A DNA stretch of 64,000 bases, taken from NCBI GenBank assembly GCA_964291315.2, contig OZ219752.1, positions 224,001-288,000 on the forward strand. The letters run 5' to 3'. The notes beneath the pieces were generated by a model that was given only the letters and a program-made list of their open reading frames with translations, was not told the DNA's origin and searched no databases. Shown here one piece after another: positions 49,232 to 59,464 of the stretch (position 1 is its first letter; each line of letters starts with the position of its first letter). The position numbers were made by a program, and so were the translations under genes. Origin of the DNA: Candidatus Poribacteria bacterium (lineage in GTDB: Bacteria > Poribacteria > WGA-4E > WGA-3G).

Positions 49232-51055
49232 TCACAATGGCACTGCGACATGAAATATACTCCCTTGTCCTAAAGTGCTGTCCAGCCATATGCGTCCGTT
49301 ATGACGGAGTACAATGTGCTTTGCAATCGCTAGCCCTAAACCGGTCCCCCCTATCTCTTGGGCGCGTCCCTTATCTACCCGATAGAACCGCTCAAACACG
49401 CGAGGTTGCGACTCCATAGGGATGCCGATTCCTGTATCTTGTACATGCACGATAATTTCTTCAGAGGTTAAAATAGACTTTTCGAATACCCGGCTCGCGT
49501 CGATCTCCGCTGAAACCGTAATGGTACCTCCGTCTGGGGTATATTTAATCGCATTGTCAATCAGGTTTACCAAAACCTGCATAAACAATTGTTGGTCTAC
49601 ATTAACCTCCGGAAGCTCATCGGGAATATCCCATTTCAAAACTAATCCCGACTCCTCTATTAGGGGTTCGAATACTTCTAAAACAGGTTCATGAAAAGTA
49701 TTGAGGTGACAAGGTGCTCGTTCCAATTCTACATCGCCCAATTCAAGCCGAGATAATTCTAACAGTTCCGAAACTAATCTTGAGAGTCGGGCTGAATGAT
49801 TGAGGATTTTCACGAGAAATTTTTCTTTTGTTTTTGCTTGAACAGTATCTTCACTGAGTAAGGTTTCGGCGTAGCCTCGGATAGCTGTAAGCGGTGTGCG
49901 GAGTTCATGTGAGACATTCGCCACAAAATCAGCGCGGATACGTTCCAATTGCCGTTCCTTCGTAACATCATGGATAACAATGACATATTCTTGGCCGGCA
50001 GAGACAGGTACGATAGTGACTTCTGCTTCTGGTTCATGTAGGTTCCCGAGTTGAATTTCTGCGAACGCCACGTTTTCTGTCTGTTCTGCTTTTTTTAAGA
50101 GCGTGTGGAGTTCCGGGATCCGATTGATTTCAATCAATGCTTTACCGATATAGTCGTCCGGAAGTTCCAACATAGAGACCGCCCTAGAGTTGGCGTAGGT
50201 AATTTCGGACATCCCATTCAGAAGTAGCACTCCTTCGCCCATGTTGGTTAAAATAGTTTCGGAACGTCGGTGTTCTTCAGAGATTTTGTCGATCTGTTCC
50301 TGCAACCTATCCGCCATCACGTTAAAGTTCTGGGAGAGTTGCCCCAATTCATTTCTCGAATCAACCGGCACACGCGAATTTATATTGCCAGCAGCAAAGG
50401 ATTGCGTCATCTGTGTTAGTTTCTCAATAGGTTCTATAATCGCCCCCGTGCTCAGAACGCTGAATACAATAGCGAGAACTAGACCCGCCAGACTTGCAAT
50501 GAGGACCGTCCGCCGGAGGTTATCAATTGCTGTATTGACGGCTTTCATCGGAAGGGCGACGCGGCAAATACCGATCAAGGTCTCTTCTCCATTTGATGAA
50601 TTTTCAGTACCAGTATTGCGATATACTGGCATCGCGAAGTAACGAAATTCTGTCTGTGTTGTCTCGCTGTATCTGTCCCGAATACCTCTCCCGTTTCTAA
50701 GGGCCTCTTGAATCTCTGGGCGTGTGAGGTGATTGTCCATCGCTTGTAGTGCTTCTCCATCTCGTTCTGTATCGCCCCAGACGGTTCCATCTATACCGAT
50801 GAAGGTTAGTCGAGCCTCTTCCATCTTTCCGAGTCTATCTACAAAGGAATCTATTGCATCGTAACTAAAGTTATCTTCGGCCGGGAGTTTTTCGATGAAG
50901 AGCTCTGTTGTAAGTGCTGCCTGAATTTCCAATTCACTGGTAATTCGTTTGCTCATTGAGTCTTTGAGCATGGCTCCCAGATAGAAATACAGGGCAAGCA
51001 TTACCAAGAGCACAATTCCTATATACCTGAGCGTCTGTTGTGTACGGATGTTCAT
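49232..51055 (-). CDS. PhoR-like sensor histidine kinase
   Basis: MDNHLTRPEI, HAMP, PAS, DFVANVSHELRTPLT, FERFYRVDKGR, GGTGLGLAIAKH. Confidence 0.9.
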   Translation of the reverse strand: MNIRTQQTLRYIGIVLLVMLALYFYLGAMLKDSMSKRITSELEIQAALTTELFIEKLPAEDNFSYDAIDSFVDRLGKMEEARLTFIGIDGTVWGDTERDGEALQAMDNHLTRPEIQEALRNGRGIRDRYSETTQTEFRYFAMPVYRNTGTENSSNGEETLIGICRVALPMKAVNTAIDNLRRTVLIASLAGLVLAIVFSVLSTGAIIEPIEKLTQMTQSFAAGNINSRVPVDSRNELGQLSQNFNVMADRLQEQIDKISEEHRRSETILTNMGEGVLLLNGMSEITYANSRAVSMLELPDDYIGKALIEINRIPELHTLLKKAEQTENVAFAEIQLGNLHEPEAEVTIVPVSAGQEYVIVIHDVTKERQLERIRADFVANVSHELRTPLTAIRGYAETLLSEDTVQAKTKEKFLVKILNHSARLSRLVSELLELSRLELGDVELERAPCHLNTFHEPVLEVFEPLIEESGLVLKWDIPDELPEVNVDQQLFMQVLVNLIDNAIKYTPDGGTITVSAEIDASRVFEKSILTSEEIIVHVQDTGIGIPMESQPRVFERFYRVDKGRAQEIGGTGLGLAIAKHIVLRHNGRIWLDSTLGQGSIFHVAVPL

Positions 51056-51200
51056 TTGCTTCCATGTAGTACTTCTGCATCATCTATCTCCTATCCGGTT
51101 TTGAATCTATTAGCGGATAAGCAAGCCGATGTTCAAAAGTCAAATTTTAACACAATGATAGCACGTTTCAATGTGCCTTGCAAATCTAAATTTATGGAGC

Positions 51201-51229
51201 TTGACATCTGAATCGGATTCTGCTAAACT
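51201..51229 (+). promoter_or_regulatory. Sigma-70 promoter
   Basis: TTGACA-17 nt-TAAACT. Confidence 0.55.
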
Positions 51230-51322
51230 GAATACTTTAAAACTAACGGATAGTCTATACTGCATTCCTTGTGAGTTTGTATTTGTAAGAAAGACTGTAA
51301 TTACTCCCGATAGGAGACATTC

Positions 51323-52222
51323 ATGAATATCCGCCTTGAAGGCATTTTTTCCCCTACAATAACGCCGCTTGATGAAAAGGAACGCGTCGATGAACTCGGG
51401 TTCGTTAACCAACTCAACCGCTTGATTAACAACGGTATTCACGGTATCTATCTGTTGGGAACCTCGGGCGAATTTACAACACTAACCGATACAGAGCGGG
51501 AACGCGCAATGGATATCGCTGTTAAAACTGTCGGTGATCGCGTCCCAATTATCTGTGGTGTAATGGACACAAGCACCCAGCGCGTCATCCAAAACATTGA
51601 AACCGCTGCACAGTTCGGTGTTGATGCCGTTGCAGCAACACCGGGTTACTACTATCCCTCCACCGATGATGCGGACCTGATTCAGTTCTATCACGCTGTT
51701 GCTGCGAGCACAGAGCTTCCTGTTTTTATTTACAATATTCCGGCAACCGTCAAAACAGCAATCAAACCGCAAGTTGTTGCTCAACTCGCTGAGGATTGCG
51801 ATAACATCGTTGGTATCAAAGATAGTTCTGGCGACTGGACGAACTGTCTCAGTCTCTTGGATTTACTCGGGGACCGAACAGATTTTGCTGTCATGCTTGG
51901 TTCGCACACTGCGATTGGTGCAGCCTTGCTATTCGGTGCGGATGGCGGAGTCATTTCTATTTCAAACGTCGCTCCTAAGGAGTCCGTCGCACTCTACAAC
52001 GCTGCGAAAGCCCGCGATATTGATGAAGTCCACCGATTGCAGAGGGTATTGCTCAGGCTCAGCAAAATGTATACGTATGGCCAAGGGGTCAGTGGCATGA
52101 AGGCGTGCTTAGAAATCCTAGGGGTCTGTAACGCGTACACGACGAGTCCCCTGCTGGCTCTCAACGATACAGCGAAGGCTGAACTTCAACAATTACTGAG
52201 GGAAGAGGGAATTCTCGAGTGA
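51323..52222 (+). CDS. Dihydrodipicolinate synthase family protein
   Basis: LGTSGEF, IYNIP, GIKDSSGD. Confidence 0.9.
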   Translation: MNIRLEGIFSPTITPLDEKERVDELGFVNQLNRLINNGIHGIYLLGTSGEFTTLTDTERERAMDIAVKTVGDRVPIICGVMDTSTQRVIQNIETAAQFGVDAVAATPGYYYPSTDDADLIQFYHAVAASTELPVFIYNIPATVKTAIKPQVVAQLAEDCDNIVGIKDSSGDWTNCLSLLDLLGDRTDFAVMLGSHTAIGAALLFGADGGVISISNVAPKESVALYNAAKARDIDEVHRLQRVLLRLSKMYTYGQGVSGMKACLEILGVCNAYTTSPLLALNDTAKAELQQLLREEGILE

Positions 52223-53490
52223 ATGAGATCCAGCCAATTCGCAAGCCGCTTGATGTCACAATAGAGGTCCCCGGCTCTAAAAGCTATACTAACCGGGCAT
52301 TGTTGGTTGCTGCAATGGCAAACGGCGTTTCAACGTTAACCGGTGCCCTCTTTAGTGATGACACACACTATATGTCTACATCGTTGCGAAATCTTGATCT
52401 CCAAATTGATGCTGACGAAAAGCGGGCGACGTTTGAGGTCCATGGAAATGGCGGTAACATTCCGGTGGCGGGGGCCGACCTCTATATCGGAAACTCAGGC
52501 ACTACCTCACGTTCCCTTATCGCTTATGTTTCGTTAGGGCATGGCAAATTTGTCATTGATGGGGATGAACCGATGCGGCGCGGGCGCCCTATCACTGACT
52601 TATTGGACGCACTTACACAGATCAAGGTTTCAGCGCGCTCACAATTTGACAACGGACATCTCCCTGTCGTTATCCAAGCAGATGGGCTTGAGGGCGGGAA
52701 AACCCGAATTGATGTTACGAAGAGCAGTCAATTCTTAACCGCTCTGCTCCTCATCGCCCCTTATGCAAAAAACGGGCTGGAAATTGAGGTGGTCGGCAAA
52801 CGCGAAATGCCCTACATTGACATTACGCTTGCAGTCATGGAGGCGTTTGGTGTACATGCTGTCAACGAAAACTATCAGCATTTTCGGATTGAAGGCGGAC
52901 AGAAGTATCAACCGCGGGTCTACAACATTGAACCCGATGCCTCTAGCGCCTCTTACTTCTTCGCTGCCGCTGCGCTCACAGGGGGACGGGTCACTGTCCA
53001 ACACCTACACGTAGATTCTAAACAAGGCGATGTTCAGTTTGTGCGTATCTTGGAACAGATGGGGTGTCGGGTCATCTTTGCTGATACAGGGATTACTGTT
53101 ACTGGACCTCGCCAATTAAGAGGGATTAATGTAGATATGAGGACGATTTCGGATACTGCCCTCACCCTCGCAGCGATAGCTCCGTTTGCCGACAGCAGAG
53201 TAATCATCCGAAACATTGAACACACACGTTGGCAAGAGACCGACCGGATTCATGCGATGGTGACCGAACTCCGAAAATTAGGCGTTCCTGTCGTTGAACA
53301 TCGAGATGGACTTGAAATTTCACCTGCCCCTATTACTTCTGCGGCCATTGATACCTACGATGATCACCGGATGGCAATGGCATTTTCGCTCATTGGTTTA
53401 AAAGTTCCCGGCATTCAGATAAATAATCCGGAGTGCGTTAGCAAAACGTTTCCTTCTTATTTTCAGGTGCTTGAGGCGTTATGTGCCTGA
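52219..53490 (+). CDS. aroA: 3-phosphoshikimate 1-carboxyvinyltransferase
   Basis: PGSKSYTNRAL, GNSGT..R, SSQF, EPDASSA, ETDRI, DDHRMAM, KTFP. Confidence 0.96.
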   Translation: MNEIQPIRKPLDVTIEVPGSKSYTNRALLVAAMANGVSTLTGALFSDDTHYMSTSLRNLDLQIDADEKRATFEVHGNGGNIPVAGADLYIGNSGTTSRSLIAYVSLGHGKFVIDGDEPMRRGRPITDLLDALTQIKVSARSQFDNGHLPVVIQADGLEGGKTRIDVTKSSQFLTALLLIAPYAKNGLEIEVVGKREMPYIDITLAVMEAFGVHAVNENYQHFRIEGGQKYQPRVYNIEPDASSASYFFAAAALTGGRVTVQHLHVDSKQGDVQFVRILEQMGCRVIFADTGITVTGPRQLRGINVDMRTISDTALTLAAIAPFADSRVIIRNIEHTRWQETDRIHAMVTELRKLGVPVVEHRDGLEISPAPITSAAIDTYDDHRMAMAFSLIGLKVPGIQINNPECVSKTFPSYFQVLEALCA

Positions 53491-53752
53491 GTATGTTAGA
53501 AACAACAATCCGTGCTGAATTTTTCGCTGTAGACGACATTAAGCAAGAAGTCGGGATTTGGAAATCCGTCCTTGCCCGCTATAGGGGGAGCTCCAAATGC
53601 CAACTCTATGATTTGACAAAAATGAATAAATAGGATATGTTTTAAGAAAGTCACCAGTGAGACTTACATCTACAGAAAGACAGAAAGAAAAGGACATCGG
53701 AATTTGGAAATTCCTCCGATGGGAATTCGTGTGTTACAAATAGAGTTGTTGT

Positions 53753-54553
53753 ATGAAAATTCGTGTTTTAATAGGATGCCTGTTTCTCTTATCCTTATGC
53801 AGTATCCTTTTTCTCTATTATTTCCGGGTTGAAGCGGACCTGCGAACACAGCCGGCTGCAGAAGGTGCAGCTTTCTCTCATAACCTATTTGATCAGGTAT
53901 TGCGAGAACACGTCGATGAGAACGGGCAGGTTAACTACGCAAAGCTGAAAGCGAACCCGGAAAAGTTTGAGGCGTATTTGGATTTATTGGCAGTCGCAAA
54001 ACCCGCGGAAGGGTCGTATAACGCACAGCTGGCGTTTTGGATCAATGCCTATAACGCTCTCGTTATCAAAGGGGTGATCGACCGCTATCCGACGACGAGT
54101 GTCCGAAAAGTTAAATGGTTCAACGGTTTTTTCACGCGGCTTAAATTTCAGGTTGCGGGTAAAACCTATACGCTTAATCAGATCGAGCATGATGTTATCC
54201 GTGAAGAGTTTGTAGATCCACGGGTCCACTTTGCACTGGTATGTGCTTCCCGCAGCTGTCCGCCTCTGGAAAACCGTGCTTTTTCTGCCGAAACGGTTGA
54301 AGAACATCTTGAGGCTCTAACGTTCAGTTTTATTCGGAACTCCGAGCAAGTTAGGATTGACAAGGCGAAACGCCGCGTCTACCTTTCAAAAATTTTCAAG
54401 TGGTATGCAGACGATTTTAAGGAGGGCTACACAAGCGTAAAAGATTTCCTCCTTGACTACTTGTCCCTCGAAGACGCAGAATTTCTGTCCTCAACGGACA
54501 TCAAGTTTCACTATCTGAATTACGACTGGACCTTGAACGATCAGAAACCATAG
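53753..54553 (+). CDS. DUF547 domain protein
   Basis: LAFWINAYNA, LNQIEH, DPRVHFALVCASRSCP, LSKIFKWY, YDWTLN. Confidence 0.92.
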   Translation: MKIRVLIGCLFLLSLCSILFLYYFRVEADLRTQPAAEGAAFSHNLFDQVLREHVDENGQVNYAKLKANPEKFEAYLDLLAVAKPAEGSYNAQLAFWINAYNALVIKGVIDRYPTTSVRKVKWFNGFFTRLKFQVAGKTYTLNQIEHDVIREEFVDPRVHFALVCASRSCPPLENRAFSAETVEEHLEALTFSFIRNSEQVRIDKAKRRVYLSKIFKWYADDFKEGYTSVKDFLLDYLSLEDAEFLSSTDIKFHYLNYDWTLNDQKP

Positions 54554-54732
54554 AGGAGCCGGGTCTGGAAACTGCTCCTACATTTGTGGTAAGACCTAAA
54601 AATAGATAGACACTTTCCCCGGTAGGCGAGGTTTCCTAGACCGAGGCTACATCCTAAAAATGGACACCGTCGCCGAGTGTCCAATTAATTCTAAATTTTA
54701 CAATAGGAACGATAGAAGGAGAATTTCTGTTT

Positions 54733-55776
54733 ATGGTGAATACAGCCGTTGTTGGTTACGGATATGCCGGCCGCGCCTTTCACTCCTATCTTGTCGGTTT
54801 AGCGGATGGATTGAACTTTTATGCTATTGCCACACGCGACGCTGAACGGCGTGAGGCCGCACGTCAGGCGTACCCAAACGTGCAGGTGTACCAAACAATT
54901 GACGAAGTTGTCGCAGACGACGCGATCGATCTCGTTGTATTAGCCACACCGCACAACACTCATGCGGAGCTCTCCATCAAAGCGATGAGTGCAGGTAAAC
55001 ACGTTGTAACAGACAAAATCATGGCGATGAATGCTGTCGAAGCCGATGCCATGATTGAAGCGAGTGAGCAGAACAACGTCTTGCTCAGCGTTTTCCACAA
55101 TCGCAGATGGGATTGGGATTACAATACTGTTAAAAAGATTATTGACGATGGTTTGCTTGGAACCCCCTACCTCTATCAGGTAGCGATTATGCGATATGGC
55201 CCTCCTCGTGGTTGGCGTGGGGTCAAAAGTCAGAGCGGCGGTATCCTTTTCGATTGGCCCGCCCACTTCGTTGACCAGGCATTGCAACTCGTAACGGCCC
55301 CAGTCGAAGCTGTGTTCTGTGACGTTCACTACGGCTCAAAATGGGACATTGACATCGGCAGCTACGCCAACCTCATCATTAAGTTTGCAAACGATGTGCG
55401 GTACCACATTGAAATTAGCAACCTCTCCAAAGCAGAGAAGCCGAGATGGTATGTCGTCGGGGATATCGGCGGGTTGATTAAATATGGCTTGGACCCACAA
55501 GAAGGCCCGATGGTAGCCGGGAATATTGATGCCGCACAACAGGACCCAGCCAACTATGCTAAGGTTTGGACAGAAGCAGGCGGTGAAAACCGTGAACTCG
55601 TCATAGAAAGCGTTCAGACGACGTGGAAGTCCTACTACCAAAATATCGCAGACGTGCTGAACAAAGGGGCGACGTTAGCTGTTAAACCTGAAGAGATGCG
55701 TAAACTGATGCAGGTCTACGATGCAGCTATGGAATCCGCAGAAACTGGAGAAACAGTAAAAATGAAGGGATCTTGA
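54733..55776 (+). CDS. Gfo/Idh/MocA family oxidoreductase
   Basis: VGYGYAG, GKHVVTDK, VFHNRRWD, GGILFD..AH.VDQ. Confidence 0.92.
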   Translation: MVNTAVVGYGYAGRAFHSYLVGLADGLNFYAIATRDAERREAARQAYPNVQVYQTIDEVVADDAIDLVVLATPHNTHAELSIKAMSAGKHVVTDKIMAMNAVEADAMIEASEQNNVLLSVFHNRRWDWDYNTVKKIIDDGLLGTPYLYQVAIMRYGPPRGWRGVKSQSGGILFDWPAHFVDQALQLVTAPVEAVFCDVHYGSKWDIDIGSYANLIIKFANDVRYHIEISNLSKAEKPRWYVVGDIGGLIKYGLDPQEGPMVAGNIDAAQQDPANYAKVWTEAGGENRELVIESVQTTWKSYYQNIADVLNKGATLAVKPEEMRKLMQVYDAAMESAETGETVKMKGS

Positions 55777-55975
55777 CAACGGATTTTTGGAGGAATCTGC
55801 TACAAGTCTTTCTGGCAAAGCAGCGTTAAAAATAGACCGTTAGTAGGCCCCTTGATAACGGAATTTAGAGGTAAGAAAGTAGAACCTTCTTTCAATCACC
55901 GCTAAGTGTGTATAGCATTTCATGAGGTGGAAACTTATTTGATAGCATCAACAACCATGGCGAATCGTTCAGTTT

Positions 55976-56068
55976 ATGGACAGCAGTGTCCATTTTTTGA
56001 CGTAATTATCCAATCGGGTCTAAGAATTTGAGCGAAAACCTGTTTTTCGGGTTGGCACTGTATTTGCT
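55976..56068 (+). promoter_or_regulatory. Sigma-54 promoter with candidate upstream activator site
   Basis: TTGGCACTGTATTTGCT (56052-56068) with exact -24 GG/-12 GC spacing; palindrome ATGGACA-GCAG-TGTCCAT (55976-55993). Confidence 0.7.
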
Positions 56069-56115
56069 ATATCTTTTTTGCATAATAAAATAAATTTGTC
56101 AAAAGGGGAGAAACA

Positions 56116-57225
56116 ATGAAGATAAAAAAGCAATACGGATTCATACTGGCACTTTTCTTTGTGTTTGCTCTTGTACAAAACGGTGGAGCCGCGCATCATG
56201 AGACAGATGGAGCATATCACGAATTGAATCAACGGGTCCTAGCAAGCATTGATCGTGGGCTGGAATGGTTAAAGGGACAGCAAGATGGAGAAGGTCTATT
56301 TGCGAGCCATCCTGGAATAACAGCTCTCGCGCTTACTGCTTTTTTACGGCATCCAGAAAATAGATACGCGGAAGCAGAGCATCCATTTATCCAAAAAGGG
56401 ATTCGAAAACTTGTTGAGTTGCAGCGGCCTGACGGGGCCATCTATAATGTTGAGATGCAACCTGCCCTACCGAATTACAATACTGCTATTGCCATAATGG
56501 CACTTGCATCAACGGGAAATCCGGCGTATGCCGATGTTATTGAAAAAGCGCAAGGTTTCTTGAAGGCGTTACAGGTTACCGATGAGGAAAGCGTCTACTA
56601 CGGTGGAATAGGTTACGGTAGTCGCCCAGGAGTGAAAGACTTGTCCAACCTAAACATCGCCATCCAGGCTCTAAAGGAGAGCGGTTCCGACGATCAGGAT
56701 GTCTGGAACAAGGCGATTAAGTTTTTGGAACGCACACAGAATAGGAGTGAAAGCAACGATCAAGCATGGGCAGGCAACGATGGCGGTTTCATCTACTCGC
56801 CTGACGGGGAAAGTAAAGCTGGGACAGACGCTGCCGGGAGTCCGCGCTCCTATGCCAGCATGACGTATGCAGGATTATTGAGCTTCATCTATGCGAACGT
56901 TGACAAAGACGACGAACGCGTTCAAGCTGCGTTCAAGTGGATAAAGAAACACTTCACACTTGAAGAAAACTACGGTATGGGCTCACAAGGGCTATACTAT
57001 CACTATCACACTATGGCGAAGGCACTGCGACTTTATGGCGATACAACCTTTGTGGACGCAAAAGGGGTTGCTCACGATTGGTACCGAGAATTCGCAGAAA
57101 AAATGATTGAACTGCAAAAACCCGAGGGGTTCTGGGTGAATGAAGAAAGTCGCTGGATGGAAGCAGATCCGAGGCTCGTGACGGCTTATATTATTTTAGC
57201 CCTTGATACCGCCTACCCGAAATAG
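56116..57225 (+). CDS. Secreted prenyltransferase/squalene oxidase repeat protein
   Basis: QW-type repeats (GLEWLKGQQDGEG, LVELQRPDG, ELQKPEGFW), NDGGFIY, SMTYAGL; signal peptide. Confidence 0.82.
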   Translation: MKIKKQYGFILALFFVFALVQNGGAAHHETDGAYHELNQRVLASIDRGLEWLKGQQDGEGLFASHPGITALALTAFLRHPENRYAEAEHPFIQKGIRKLVELQRPDGAIYNVEMQPALPNYNTAIAIMALASTGNPAYADVIEKAQGFLKALQVTDEESVYYGGIGYGSRPGVKDLSNLNIAIQALKESGSDDQDVWNKAIKFLERTQNRSESNDQAWAGNDGGFIYSPDGESKAGTDAAGSPRSYASMTYAGLLSFIYANVDKDDERVQAAFKWIKKHFTLEENYGMGSQGLYYHYHTMAKALRLYGDTTFVDAKGVAHDWYREFAEKMIELQKPEGFWVNEESRWMEADPRLVTAYIILALDTAYPK

Positions 57226-57445
57226 GTTAGAAGTTACACATGAAAAGATGGACGGGGGCGGTTTGGAACCGCACCCATTCTGTTCTGTCCGATGAAGAAT
57301 AGTGGCAACCCCGAAGTCTCGAAATGGCAGTCTACTATTAGAAAAATGCAGATCGCTTGCGATGCTGAAACTCTCCTCTTCCTAGCCGCGCCCTTGAAAC
57401 ACTAATCACCCACCGCTAACCCTTAACACCTTGAATGCAAATATT

Positions 57446-57958
57446 TTGACATACTCCCGCAGCTAAAGCATGTGGGATTCCTTTGAAAGTGAATCCCATC
57501 GATGAACTCTGCAAGGGTTGCTCACAATCACAAACCTGATGCCCTCTAAGCCGAAGGTTGAGGGCTCCCTAAACTTTATATTTTTATTTATTGCAGCGTT
57601 TACGTCTCTATGGACAAAATGCTTGATGTGCGGTGAACACGGAACACGTTTTTTCATGAACGCTAACGATTAGTGCTAATTTTGACCTTCCGTGCTCTGC
57701 TGAGAGCTTGTCCAGAGAACTTTTATAGAATTCGGAAAACTGGTATAGTATCGCATCCAAATAGGTGAATATGGTTTTGATACCGAAGTCAAAAACGGAA
57801 CAAGATAGAGGGAAGCAGCTTGACCCATCTTAGGTGACTTCAATTATATATCATACCGTTTTTTCACAATCGTCTAAAATTATTTATTACTTGACACAAC
57901 TTATTGATCACTACGCCCTCGATACAGAGGAACGCGGTTTTGTAGCGGAAGATTTGAT
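57446..57958 (-). mobile_element. Internally deleted IS200/IS605-family (tnpB) element
   Basis: Minus strand: HRDVNAAIN (TnpB RuvC-III), FDFGIKT (RuvC-I remnant), right end GAATCCCACATGCTTTAGCTGCGGGAGTATGTCAA; candidate left-end hairpin ~57905-57958. Confidence 0.75.
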
Positions 57959-58057
57959 AAACCTTTTTGCGTTAATTCTGTCAAATGCTTCAAATATTTC
58001 AACGGGCGATTAAAAAAAAACACATCAAAGATATATCAAAACCCTTGGGAGGAAACT

Positions 58058-59359
58058 ATGCGCTTAATCGAAGGGCTATCTGTTGGAATCGATGCAATTC
58101 GTGCGAACAAGCTGCGTTCGTTACTTACGATGCTCGGGATTATCATCGGTATTGCAGCGGTTCTTGCAATGATAGCTATCGGAGATGGAGCTAAGGAAAT
58201 TGTGCTACAAGATGCCCAAAAAATGGGTGGGGCAACCCGAATCACATTGTACCAGACATCGTACAAACGAAAAGACAACAAGTGGGTGCGTATCCGTACT
58301 AAAGAATACATGGAATATGAAGATGTATTGGCAATCGAGGCGGAATGTCCTTCTGTAAGGGCGGTTGCACCGAGAATTGCCGATTGGCGAGGTGTACTGT
58401 TTCAGGGACCAGGCGGCACTGAAGCCCGCGCTGGCTACAACGGTGTAAATGCCACTTATACAACCGCACTGGATTGGCATGTGAAAGAGGGACGCTTCAT
58501 TACAGACGAAGATGTGCAAAATGCAACAAAAATATGCGTCCTTGGAGATGAACTTGCAACCGAGCTGTTTGGCAATAGATCCCCCTTAGGACAAGAAATT
58601 AAAATCGCAAGAGATGTTCGCTACTACGATCCGCGGGGCAGAAGACGGCGGGATCGATTGACCGAACGTTTCACCGTGGTCGGTACCCTCCTACCGAGAG
58701 GCACCAGCTTCCAGTTTGGATGGAGCTACGATAATCTCGCCTTTATCCCTATATCAACCGTCCAAGAGCGTTTCACTGGGGACGATAAAGTTCACAACAT
58801 TATGGTCTTCGCAAATAATATTGACGTTATTCCGAAAGCGATTGAAGAAGTGCGTTCTGTTATCAGAAGAAGACACAGCAACGAAGACGAATTTGTCAGG
58901 ATCTCTGAGATGCGCGCCGGTATGGCGCAATTAGAGAAAATTAGTAGAGTGATCAAAATAGCCTTGGGGAGTATCGCAGGATTTTCGCTTCTCGTTGGCG
59001 GGATCGGTATTATGAATATGATGCTTGTCGCCGTTAATGAACGTGTCCGCGAAATCGGCTTGCGAAAAGCGCTCGGGGCTAAATCGACTGACATCCTGGT
59101 CCAATTTCTAATAGAAGCGATAATAATTTGTGGTGTAGGCGGCGCAATTGGCGTTGGGCTGGGCATTTTTGCGGGCGAAGGCATGGCGATGCTTGCCGTT
59201 AGAATCGCTAAAATTGTGCCCGAATGGCCATCGGTTGTGTCCATGCAATGGGTTCTGATTTCGGTTTCATTCTCGGCAGCGATCGGTATTTCGTTCGGTA
59301 TCTACCCCGCAATAAAAGCAGCCACTGTCCCACCGGTTGTGGCGCTACGCAAAGATTAA
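58058..59359 (+). CDS. MacB-like ABC transporter permease
   Basis: NKLRSLLTMLGIIIGIAAV, SLLVGGIGIMNMML.AV.ER.REIGLRKALGA, GIYPA.KAA. Confidence 0.93.
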   Translation: MRLIEGLSVGIDAIRANKLRSLLTMLGIIIGIAAVLAMIAIGDGAKEIVLQDAQKMGGATRITLYQTSYKRKDNKWVRIRTKEYMEYEDVLAIEAECPSVRAVAPRIADWRGVLFQGPGGTEARAGYNGVNATYTTALDWHVKEGRFITDEDVQNATKICVLGDELATELFGNRSPLGQEIKIARDVRYYDPRGRRRRDRLTERFTVVGTLLPRGTSFQFGWSYDNLAFIPISTVQERFTGDDKVHNIMVFANNIDVIPKAIEEVRSVIRRRHSNEDEFVRISEMRAGMAQLEKISRVIKIALGSIAGFSLLVGGIGIMNMMLVAVNERVREIGLRKALGAKSTDILVQFLIEAIIICGVGGAIGVGLGIFAGEGMAMLAVRIAKIVPEWPSVVSMQWVLISVSFSAAIGISFGIYPAIKAATVPPVVALRKD

Positions 59360-59464
59360 AAACAGATTAGCTGGTTTTTCTTGCTGTGTGGAGAAGAGGT
59401 TCTCAAGGCTCGTTTATGCGTTTGCCCGCTTGCCCCATTCCTGAAAACCTGCTACAATATCCTT

